Source: Laetmonice hystrix (lineage: Eukaryota). Taken from it: a DNA stretch of 64,000 nt. Location: the NCBI GenBank assembly GCA_965235115.1, contig OZ249440.1, forward strand, positions 24,428,001 to 24,492,000. Reading direction: 5' to 3'. Of this stretch, positions 12,702-23,082 are shown piece after piece (the stretch's first letter is position 1; every line of letters begins with the position of its first letter). Under the pieces are notes generated by a model. The model did no database searches and was not told where the DNA came from. It saw only the letters and a program-made list of their open reading frames with translations. A program made the translations under genes and the position numbers.

Positions 12702-13298
12702 TGTTACGGATAGATCCTCACATAGTTGTATTTCATATCTACAGGATGTATGTTCATGTCTCTGATAAGTCATGTCTTTTCTTATTGTATGTTCTGTCAT
12801 CTTCTGTTTGTTAACGAGCCCATATGGACGGATTAGTGTTTGTGATAAAGCCGCCAACCCCTGGCCACGTCTGGCCAGGCTGACACCTTTGAAGTGTCAA
12901 GGGTGTGAATGCCTTCTGGCTCCACCCATACTTGTTATGATGACAGTCAGCTTTCTATGTTTAACTTTAATCCGTATTGTAGTATTCTTTATTGTTAGGA
13001 CTGTCTCTCTATGTAATGTTCTGGACTATATAAGAGTCAAGTTAAGTTTGAGTTGGCAATCAGTTGGAGAACCACTGCAAGGGAGAATCAGTTGGAGAAC
13101 CACTGCAAGCAAGAGATCAGTTGGACAACCACTGTCAGTCAGCTAGCAACTTGGAATAGAGTCCGTTGGAATCCCACTTGCTCTACCATTTGCCATATTG
13201 TACCTGAACTGAAGAAGAATAGTAAACCATCGTCAACACAGCAACCAACTAGTTATCGTTACGAACGTTTTGGAATACCAACAATCATAACGGTGACA
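12702..13298 (+). repeat. 5' LTR
   Basis: TG...CA ends, TATA-like ctatataag at about 13026, and three internal atcagttgga(g/c)aaccactg repeats. Confidence 0.95.
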
Positions 13299-13402
13299 AA
13301 TGGTGTGAGAACCCGGCTCTTGTAAGTTCTATCCTTGCAAGCGATCTATAGTTGCTGTGGTACATCATCCGAACGGTACCTGAACGTCAACACTCCCACA
13401 TT

Positions 13403-14668
13403 ATGACGATGGATAGACCACAACCTACAACTACCTGCCACAGATGCGGTTTACCGAGGACAACATCCTTCCATCAATGTCCAGCGTATGGACGATACTG
13501 CTTTACCTGCGGTCGTCCAAACCATCTGGCCAAGGTATGTTTTACCCGGCTTGCCGCACTTCATCAAAAGCCAAGGAAGACGGCTAAACAACTGCAGAGG
13601 GACAGGAGACGCATGGCAAACTTCCTCCAAAAGAAGAACTCCATGTCCTCCCTGCCTTACTCCTCCATTCCAGACCAAGATATGTGCAACGACCTTCCAA
13701 CCAAGACGTCCAGAAATGTGATAACCAGGCTTACACAACTAAACGAAAACCTTCGGAAAGAAGTAAATGAAGTAAGATTATACAAGCAACAGTTTCCACA
13801 AAGAAATCAGACCACAGATGCAACCACGCAGACCACCACAACAACCTCTGAGGCATCAAGTCAAACGGCCTCCGATTCGGTTTCCACCACAGTTACAGAG
13901 CTGCAGCAACTGCAGGGAACAGTTTCCTCCCTGAAAGCTGAAGCTGCTGCTCTCCGTTCTAGTTGTGCCCAGCTACTTGCCAAAGGACAAGAAGACTATT
14001 CTGTATTCAAGGAAGAGACAATGACACTGGCAAAAACTACCATGAAGCAAGAGGCCGAAATTGCGAAACTAAAACAGCAGGCAAAGGAATCCCTCGACAC
14101 AGTAAGAAGTCTTTCCAATGTCATAGCTATGAAAAATAAGGAAATAGAAGACTTCAAGTCTACCATCAAGCAAAATGACCAGTTTGTCAGCCATCAGGAC
14201 CCCAGCAAAATGGAACTGGCTGTAGATTTTGCAGACCATCTCTTTCTGGCAGACTTCTTTGAACACTCACGACTATCCGACCTTCCATTTTTAAACGACG
14301 TATGGCCACAAGTTTCACCCTCAAATTCCATGCTACCTGTGCACATTTCCTTTGGAGCCAAGATCTTTACACGCGAGATCAAGCTCAAGCCTGTCTTGAG
14401 GCAGCAACGACAACTACTGTCTGAAGACGTATCTCGTATGTATTTTGAGAATGGTGACCTCCAGTCCACCTTCATTGTGAAAGTAAATGATCACCACTTC
14501 CGCCTTATGGACAAGGTTCCCCTTGGGACCCTACCACAGATGATCCTGGGCCAAGAACTAAGGACCACCATGGTTCTCCATGATCGCCACAATGTATTCC
14601 TCTGTGACTGTGACTTTCCCGACACCAGCGACGAGTATGACCCATACCCACCATGTCCTAACATGTAA
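13403..14668 (+). CDS. Retroelement ORF (421 aa from the first ATG): N-terminal Gag-type double zinc knuckle, coiled coil, unknown C-terminal domain
   Basis: Uninterrupted ORF between the LTRs. CHRCGLPRTTSFHQCPAYGRYCFTCGRPNHLAKVC fits the Gypsy/Mag Gag two-knuckle pattern, with a canonical CX2CX4HX4C second knuckle. A heptad-rich helix runs ELQQLQGTVSSLKAE...KEIEDFKSTIKQ. Confidence 0.85.
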   Translation: MTMDRPQPTTTCHRCGLPRTTSFHQCPAYGRYCFTCGRPNHLAKVCFTRLAALHQKPRKTAKQLQRDRRRMANFLQKKNSMSSLPYSSIPDQDMCNDLPTKTSRNVITRLTQLNENLRKEVNEVRLYKQQFPQRNQTTDATTQTTTTTSEASSQTASDSVSTTVTELQQLQGTVSSLKAEAAALRSSCAQLLAKGQEDYSVFKEETMTLAKTTMKQEAEIAKLKQQAKESLDTVRSLSNVIAMKNKEIEDFKSTIKQNDQFVSHQDPSKMELAVDFADHLFLADFFEHSRLSDLPFLNDVWPQVSPSNSMLPVHISFGAKIFTREIKLKPVLRQQRQLLSEDVSRMYFENGDLQSTFIVKVNDHHFRLMDKVPLGTLPQMILGQELRTTMVLHDRHNVFLCDCDFPDTSDEYDPYPPCPNM

Positions 14669-15186
14669 AAGGACGGCATTCACTCTCTCTTGTTGGTTGA
14701 ACTTTTCATTTTTATGTGTGAAATCCACAGATTATTTTTATCAGCAACAGATAGACTTTCAACAAGTCATATTATAATTGTGTCTCTGACTGATGTAGGT
14801 CAACAATCTTATAATTTGTAATTTGTGTGTATGTTTTCCCACACTTGGAGTACTTTTATATTATGTTTGCGTTCCTGATATAGTTTGAAGAACAACGTTA
14901 CTGAGGAGTACGGCCAGTCTTACCGGCTTATCCGAGTAAAGGATTTTTGTAAGCTCAATTTCAACAAGGATAGGCCTAGCCAGTATTTGTATGATATCTT
15001 GTTTTCTATCGGACTTATAATGTCATGTTTGCATCCTTACATATGTCATTTATGTTATCTATCAGGATCTATTTTTCACGCCTTTGATAAATTACCATTT
15101 GAATGAGAAAATGTTATGTTAAAACGGCAAAGGTATGATTATTTGCAGCGTGCGGAGTCGCTGCTTTTTCCCGACCTCGGGGGCAA

Positions 15187-15783
15187 TGTTACGGATAGAT
15201 CCTCACATAGTTGTATTTCATATCTACAGGATGTATGTTCATGTCTCTGATAAGTCATGTCTTTTCTTATTGTATGTTCTGTCATCTTCTGTTTGTTAAC
15301 GAGCCCATATGGACGGATTAGTGTTTGTGATAAAGCCGCCAACCCCTGGCCACGTCTGGCCAGGCTGACACCTTTGAAGTGTCAAGGGTGTGAATGCCTT
15401 CTGGCTCCACCCATACTTGTTATGATGACAGTCAGCTTTCTATGTTTAACTTTAATCCGTATTGTAGTATTCTTTATTGTTAGGACTGTCTCTCTATGTA
15501 ATGTTCTGGACTATATAAGAGTCAAGTTAAGTTTGAGTTGGCAATCAGTTGGAGAACCACTGCAAGGGAGAATCAGTTGGAGAACCACTGCAAGCAAGAG
15601 ATCAGTTGGACAACCACTGTCAGTCAGCTAGCAACTTGGAATAGAGTCCGTTGGAATCCCACTTGCTCTACCATTTGCCATATTGTACCTGAACTGAAGA
15701 AGAATAGTAAACCATCGTCAACACAGCAACCAACTAGTTATCGTTACGAACGTTTTGGAATACCAACAATCATAACGGTGACA
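15187..15783 (+). repeat. 3' LTR
   Basis: Identical copy of 12702-13298, followed by the TSD CTGG. Confidence 0.95.
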
Positions 15784-17504
15784 CTGGCAAACTGAACTGT
15801 TGTTTCTATAAGTAAGTCATGACTCTGTGTGACTTTAAATCATCATGAATCGGTTGAATATTAAATTACATGATTCTAAATACTTGATTCTAATTACATG
15901 ATTCTAAATACTTATGTTTCTGGATCAGTCTTTCAAAATGTTTTGTATACGCAAAGTTATTGTTCGAATGTCTCGCATTAGACATATTATTTTATTGGGG
16001 TTCCCTCTTGAGGATAATCATTATTCTCATCATTTATGAAAATGGTGATAATGATACATATCTATTACTTCAGTCGGAAACGTCAGGAGATCTAGTTATT
16101 TTCCAGATGGCCTAGGACGAAAAAAAATCCCTGTCTGCTGTCTTGTCTTTACTGTTGCATCACGCACTTAAAGGGACTGTGCGCAAGGCCTGGATTCAGC
16201 CTCGGTGCCGTTATTGTTGGCCACCCTTCCATAATGACTCCGCTGGCCACCAGATTGCCCTTCTCCGGGTACCGGCCAATGCTGCTCTCACATCGACCTG
16301 ACACACCATCAGTTGACACACAAGGGATTACTATCATTAATTGACACACAAAAGAGGTCTGATGGCTGACAGAATGGACGAAGCAAATGGAGTTGGCCAA
16401 TAAGGTCGATCTGACCTCTCCCAACTTGACCATTTGTTGTAGTCTTTGCTGCCCGTCCAGTGCCCCGAACATGACTCAAGCCCGGCCGAACACATAATTC
16501 ATCTATAGCGGCGGAATTCCCCCCGCCGGAGAAGGGTATAGAGGATTGTGGCCTTCCCGCCACGGGTTTGCGATCCAAACACTCCAAACATTATTTCTAA
16601 TTTATCAGATGTCCTTACGGGAAACTTTGATGCTCTTTCTGCGTTACCACTTCGTTATTTTAAAATGCATCATTTAGTTACTCCCGTGATGTAATGGAAG
16701 AATTCGGTGCACTCAGTTATTCAGGAGCCCTCAGGTTAGGGATGGTCATAGATAAATTATCTACATCCAGTGTTTTATGAACTATATTTATGTAGCTTTA
16801 CTCATCAGTAAACAATCAGTAGAGGATCATAAAATTGGTCTTAATGAAACGCATGAAACATTGATGCCCCGGGCGTGTTTGGCGTCTGAGCGTCCCAACT
16901 ACATCAGCTGTACAGGTTAGCAGACGCCAGTGAAAGTTGATTATTTTGTAGCAAGCAGTTTCAATATATAAAATTCCAGCAGTAAAGAATCTTCTCCCTG
17001 TGAATTAAAATAAATGACGTCGGTATATCATCTTGCAACATAATTATAAGTTCCACCATTGGCAGTCATACTTCCTAGCTGCCATGAAACAAAAAACATC
17101 AGTTTCCTATACGAAGAGAGCTTTACGAGACTGGGAGATTTGAATCTCCGTCAGTGCGATCATGTAGCAGTCGAGCTACAGGAGTTTGCAGAGAGGAGTT
17201 CCAGTCAAGAGTTCCCAACCAGGAGTTCCTGCCGGGAGAGCCGAGCCGAGCCAAGCAGTGTCGGATTCCCGCCAATTTGGGCTCGCATGCCGGGGAAACG
17301 TTGGTGAGGGGTGCGAGCGAGCATGTCCAGCGGAGACTGTCCCTGAGGTTGGGAGGGGCTGAGTGCAGGGTATAGGCCCACCCCCAGCGGGAGGTGTAGG
17401 GTTTCTTCTGTAGTAATTGCCGTACTGACTGTGTTGGAGGACAGGGGACTCCCGGGGTCACCCCAGGCCTCATCAGCACGTGGCCAGCGCTCACTGGTAC
17501 CCCG

Positions 17505-18506
17505 TTACCAGCGGAAAGTGAGGCGCCGGACAACACCAAACTTGTAATGGCTCCCATCAACTTCTGGGCAACACGTTCTCTTGGCGTGTGCCTAGAAAAT
17601 ATACGTCATTTACATGATGTTATTACCTCGTAACGACCTCTCTATACCCGATCGAAGGATAACCCCTTCTAAGTCAAGCCCTGCCATTGATGCGCTAATG
17701 TCATAGGATTATATAAAAGATCGAAGGATAACCCTTCCAAGTCAAGCCCTGCCATTGCTGCGCTAATGTAATTATATAAAAGATCGAAGGATAACCCTTC
17801 CAAGTCAAGCCCTGCCATTGATGCGCTAATGTCATGGGATTGTATAAAAATGCATGAGAAACGAAAATAGCTGATCATGATTGAAGATAGAAATCCATGC
17901 CTGTTTTTTTCCATATTATGAAGAACAGCCAAGAGACAGGAGTGAGGGTTAGATAGTTCCATCCTTAGCCCTCAGTTCAGTGGGGATGATAGCATGAGCA
18001 TTGTGAAAGGGACTCCGTATACGTGTCTCCACGTTGGGGAAAGGTTTGCACTTCATGCAGCAGAAGGCGGGGTGAAATAGAATGCTGTCACCCTATAGGG
18101 ATTGGGGCAAAGAGCGGAAGGGGTCATTGCCAAGGTTATATGGGGGTAATATCAAGAGCTAAAATGGACATTGCGGGGTTAAGGGTAAAAAGAGATGAAG
18201 ACTCGTTAGGGATGCAGGAATCTAAATTCACATGGGCCGGGGCCGGGGGGGGGGGTCACTGATCAGACGGGGGAAAAGGAATTAGGATTACGGAAAGGGG
18301 GTAAAAATACAACAGTAATGATTTATTTGTGGGACCATAGCCCGTCAGTGGATCAAATGAAAAGACAAGTCGTCTGTTGAAACTTAAAACATTCAAGATG
18401 TAACTATTCGTATCGCCTTACCTTTCTGACATGAAGTGTGTCATTTATGACAGAACCGGTAAACTCAAAATGTTCAAAGAAGTAGGCTGCCTTTGATGTG
18501 TTGTGA
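17505..18506 (-). CDS. Candidate last two exons (18506-18422, 17591-17505) of an unidentified minus-strand gene
   Basis: AAG|GTAAGG donor and TTTTCTAG acceptor join in phase 0: HNTSKAAYFFEHFEFTGSVINDTLHVRK|AHAKRTCCPEVDGSHYKFGVVRRLTFRW*. No family recognised. Confidence 0.3.
17650..17850. repeat. 63-69-bp tandem repeat, 3 copies (gatcgaaggataacccttccaagtcaagccctgccattg...)
   Basis: Direct repeats starting at 17650, 17719 and 17782. Confidence 0.9.
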
Positions 18507-19759
18507 CTGATTATAGATGTGTCGCTGTCATCGCTCTGTGTACTTTGTGACAGTGCAGTGACAGGGGACACGTGTATCATTTTGTGGGACAGTAAAGGAT
18601 ACACAACGGGACAGTAAAGGATTCACGTCAGTGGATCCAGGAGATATATATCACGGGTATACCTAGATGATATTACACGTTTTGAATTGTTTTGACATTG
18701 TGACCAACAGAATAACAAATATTATACCCCGCAGTTGTCCCGGGGAGATTTAAATTACTCCGCAGACGTATAGTTATCCGACCATGCATGGCCAAACTTG
18801 TTTATTGTCATAATAAATCATCCGCTTATGTTTTAGGAGTTTTTAGCTGGGAAGGGTTCAGTTATAATACAGTTGCCTGTGTTTAACCGTGGCAGTTTTC
18901 CGCACTTTTCGCCAGCGGGTTTGGGTCAATTGTAAGTGTTGGGGGTCGTTTGAACCGCTGTTCTCCTCTAATACTTCATCATGTCGCTCATGCTTTCGTG
19001 GACACTTTGTACCAGCACTCCCAGATACAAGCCCCATTGTCGACAGGCCGGGGTTGTGCCACATTTATTATGGGTTAGAAATTGTATGTTAGCTGATGTA
19101 TTATTTAAACGCCCGTTAATGGCCAACTCGCCAGTATACGTGCAACAGCCAGAGGCCAACTCTCAATTGAACCTCATTTACACTGAACGGAGCCTTCAAA
19201 ACTTTATTTATGCCTGCATAGCTTTCAAGGTATATTGCACGGGTATATCATGTAGAACGCTAGGTTGTCATATTTCCCCCAATGAATTATTACCTTAATC
19301 ATGGCAGAAGACGGGCAGTAATGAAAATATAACTATAATGTAAGAGATTCTGATGGCAAAATCTCTTGTCCAGTTGTATTGACGTTGACAATATAAATTC
19401 CACAATGCACGAAAATGTAATGAAGATGGGAATTTCTATGCAAGGCAGGTTTAACATTACAATTGAGCCCCACTGTGCTGTGCATGGACAACAACACCTG
19501 ACATATGTATATGACAGCAGGAACGCTGTTGTCCGTCACAATTGCTCTCCATTAGTTTGATTAAGTTATGGTCATTTTATGACCGTGGGGTATAGTACCA
19601 TTAAAGGCTTTGATCTGATGAGACCGGTGTGAAATACTTGAAAATGTGGACAATTAAACACTGCAGGCCGGCATTGAGTGGTCTGCACTGGTGTTAGACC
19701 TGCGTCAGCGGTGCTGTCAGGTATTGGGTGAGGTACCACAACTATGACAGTCAGACTCC

Positions 19760-21028
19760 TGGACGTTGTGACAATCACTGGCAATCAACGGTTGTGGCGC
19801 CGGGTAAGGGTTGTGGCGTTGTATGTGTACAGGTTGTGGTGCTGGGTACGGGTTGTGGCGTTGTATGGGTACAGGTTGTGGCGCCGGGTACGGGTTGTGG
19901 CGTTGTATGGGTACAGGTTGTGGCAATCACTGGCAATCAACGGTTGTGGCGCCGGGTACGGGTTGTGGCGTTGTATGAGTCCAGGTTGTGGCAATCACCG
20001 GCAATCAAGGGTTGTGGCGCCGGGTACGGGTTGTGGCGTTGTATGGGTACAGGTTGTGGCGCCGGGTACGGGTTGTGGCGTTGTATGGGTACAGGTTGTG
20101 GCGCCGGGTACGGGTTGTGGCGTTATATGGATACAGGTTGTGGCGCCGGGTACGGGTTGTGGCGTTGTATGGGTACAGGTTGTGGCGCCGGGTACGGGTT
20201 GTGGTGTTGTATGAGTACAGGTTGTGGCGCCGGGTACGGGTTGTGGCGTTGTATGGGTACAGGTTGTGGCGTTGTATGGGTACAGGTTGTGGCGCCGGGT
20301 ACGGGTTGTGGCGTTGTATGGGTACAGGTTGTGGCGCCGGGTACGGGTTGTGGCGTTATATGGATACAGGTTGTGGCGCCGGGTACGGGTTGTGGCGTTG
20401 TATGGGTACAGGTTGTGGCGCCGGGTACGGGTTGTGGCGTTGTATGGGTACAGGTTGTGGCGCCGGGTACGGGTTGTGGCGTTATATGGATACAGGTTGT
20501 GGCGCCGGGTACGGGTTGTGGCGTTATATGGATACAGGTTGTGGCGCCGGGTACGGGTTGTGACGTTGTATGGGTACAGGTTGTGGCGCCGGGTACGGGT
20601 TGTGGTGTTGTATGGGTACAGGTTGTGGCAATCACTGACAATCAACGGTTGTGGCGCCGGGTACGGGTTGTGGCGTTGTATGGGTACAGGTTGTGGCGCC
20701 GGGTACGGGTTGTGGTGTTGTATGAGTACAGGTTGTGGCAATCACTGGCAATCAAGGGTTGTGGCGCCGGGTACGGGTTGTGGCGTTGTATGGGTACAGG
20801 TTGTGGCGCCGGGTACGGGTTGTGGCGTTGTATGGGTACAGGTTGTGGCAATCACTGACAATGAACGGTTGTGGCGCCGGGTACGGGTTGTGGCGTTGTA
20901 TGAGTCCAGGTTGTGGCAATCACTGACAATGAACGGTTGTGGCGCCGGGTACGGGTTGTGGCGTTGTATGGGTACAGGTTGTGGCGTTGTATGGGTGCAG
21001 GTTGTGGCGTTGTATGGGTCCAGGTTGT
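19760..21028. repeat. 42-bp minisatellite built from 21-bp half-units (gggtacaggttgtggcgccgggtacgggttgtggcgttgtat)
   Basis: About 30 units read directly. A stop-free unit of 3n length produces overlapping ORFs on both strands. Confidence 0.97.
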
Positions 21029-21463
21029 GGCGGTGAGATCCTGATTGTAGCGACCCTCACCAGCTGTGGCGATCCCCGGGTAGCCTTTCTGGGTGCCTCC
21101 CGATATGTTAATGTAGGATGGAGAAGTACGGTGAAGAACCCGCCACCTCGTAGTAATGTTACGTTAAGTAGAATCAAATCACGACGGATGCATTCCTCAA
21201 GGGGTTCTTAAGTGCATGAAGCTTGTCCAAACATACCGATGGTATAACAGAGTTGGTCAGACTCCCGCTAGGGTGTCCTCCCCCATCCTGATGACACAAA
21301 TAGATGTATATTAAGAGAGGATTATCAGGTAACCATTAGACCCCGTGCCTGCCTGAAGTACGTGTCCCAGCGGACGAATGTGCAGGAGTCCATAGTATAA
21401 AGACTCTTGTTATATCCGCTAGGTGTCCTGTATTGTTCAGCTTATGGTCCCGGGCCCGGTTGG

Positions 21464-21615
21464 CAAGGGTGAGCATGAGCTCATTCTCACCGTTTTCATG
21501 TTTTTTGGTTGCTTTTTTCCATGAGGCGTGCTCATGGTGAGCAAGCTCGCGGAAAAACACACAAAAAACGAAAACAGTGAGCAAAACATTCAGCATGAGC
21601 TTTTGCTCACCCTTG
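21464..21615. mobile_element. Small palindromic MITE-like element
   Basis: Inverted termini CAAGGGTGAGCA ... TGCTCACCCTTG plus internal gagc/gctc palindromes. No clear TSD. Confidence 0.4.
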
Positions 21616-22671
21616 CTCACGGTAAAGTAAAAAGTAAACAAAAAACGGGCTCAGGGGTCTTGTCGGATCTTTAATTACAATTAACTGAACTTAAGGCCAG
21701 TATTAATATTAGTATTTCATAACCTTTCCGATTAGAAAGGATGGGATACCTTAAACTCCCATATTTCTGAGAATACACACCGTGTGTCTGTGTTCAAAAT
21801 AGGATGGCGATATACCTTGAGCGCTGACATATAGTCTCACGCTACATGCAGCTCAGTGGACCTTAGATGTAGAATTAGCTTACAGGTAGAATTACCTGAA
21901 ATAATGCACTGTTAGTTGCTGTAGGGAAGGTTGTTTTAGTATAGCTACGCTATAGCTCAGATAGAGTTACTTGGAGAGCGTTTCTTTCACGGACCAAAGC
22001 GGACAATGAAGGCAGACGGAGTTCCTATGGCACTGCCTCAGATTGCAGTAAGTGGTGTCTCCCAACAATTGATGTAAAGAAACATAACCAACTGATTGAT
22101 TTTAACGTACAAACCTTCTTCTGCAGCACCAGTTATCTTTACAAAGATAAGCTTAATGAATGAAGCTTTCACCAAAAAAATGTATAATTTTATCTAAAGA
22201 TCAAGAAGCCTTAGAACGTTACGGCGTCCCAGAGGTCATGATTTTGGTGGTTGCCTGTAACGCTTTATTTTTAAAGTACGCCACCATACAATGAGGTGTG
22301 GCCTCGGCCCCTGGTTACGTTTCTCTCCGACTGGGAAGCGTTACCCCATGGGGAGTAAGCCTGCAACCTGTTGCACTGTAAATCGATATACTTACGTGAA
22401 ACATGACTGGCAAGTACCAATCCTCCCAGCAGGACAGAGTCCCAATCTTGTCAGCATATATTTCAACTTGAAGTCCCCAGGCTTGGGGTAACGATACGAA
22501 ATGTATTTCTGTCCTGTACCGGCTTGGTGTGGGGTTATGCTCATAAATCGTTTGGGAGTGACTGATACGTGGAGGATCGGCCTGGTATCACAGGGTTCAA
22601 TGCTGGCGATCGAGGGGGCTGGGCCGACAGCCGACTCCATGGTGAGACCAATATACAGCCTCCACAGGAGT

Positions 22672-23082
22672 GCACATTGTAGCCTGCGAGGGGTGGATCA
22701 TACAGCTTGTAATGGCTGCGTATTAAGCCTCTAAATGTTGGGTTATGCAGGGTCCTAGAAGCAGACATTGTAATATGAAAGGGGTGGGTTGTACAACAGC
22801 TTCCAGTGGCTGAGATAGTATCAAAATGTTGGGAATACAACCTCCTATAGAAGCAAACATTGTAGCCTGCAAGGGATGGACAATTCAGCTTCCAGTGACT
22901 GGGATAGCCTCAAAATGTTGCGAATACAACCTCCTATAGAAACACACATTGTAGCCTCCAAGGGATGGACAATTCAGCTTCCAGTGACTGGGATAGCCTC
23001 AAAATGTTGCGAATACAACCTCCTATAGAAACACACATTGTAGCCTGCAAGGGGTGAACAATTCAGCTTCCAGTGACTGGGC
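22672..23082. repeat. About 89-bp tandem repeat, about 4.5 copies, degenerating leftwards
   Basis: acattgtagcctgcaagggatggacaattcagcttccagtgactgggatagcctcaaaatgttgcgaatacaacctcctatagaaacac is repeated. Confidence 0.9.

Larger units (their letters stand above)
12702..15783 (+). mobile_element. Non-autonomous LTR retrotransposon (Ty3/Gypsy-like), 3082 bp, recent insertion
   Basis: Two 597-bp LTRs (12702-13298 and 15187-15783) are identical by eye, with TGTTAC...GTGACA termini and a 4-bp TSD CTGG on both sides. A TGG-starting PBS-like site lies at 13301 and a short purine tract GGGGGCAA precedes the 3' LTR. No RT, RNase H or integrase. Confidence 0.95.

Noticed and set aside
13301-13318. Assigning the PBS (TGGTGTGAGAACCCGGCT) to a specific tRNA
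   Set aside because: Only partial resemblance to tRNA 3' ends I recall; needs the species tRNA set.
12772-15631. Duplicated 124-aa ORFs as a gene pair
   Set aside because: They lie wholly within the two identical LTRs and have no protein-like features.
16170-16300. Serine-protease-like HNDSAGHQIALLRV peptide
   Set aside because: Lacks the catalytic Asp context (DIALL), the frame closes shortly after, and there are no other protease exons.
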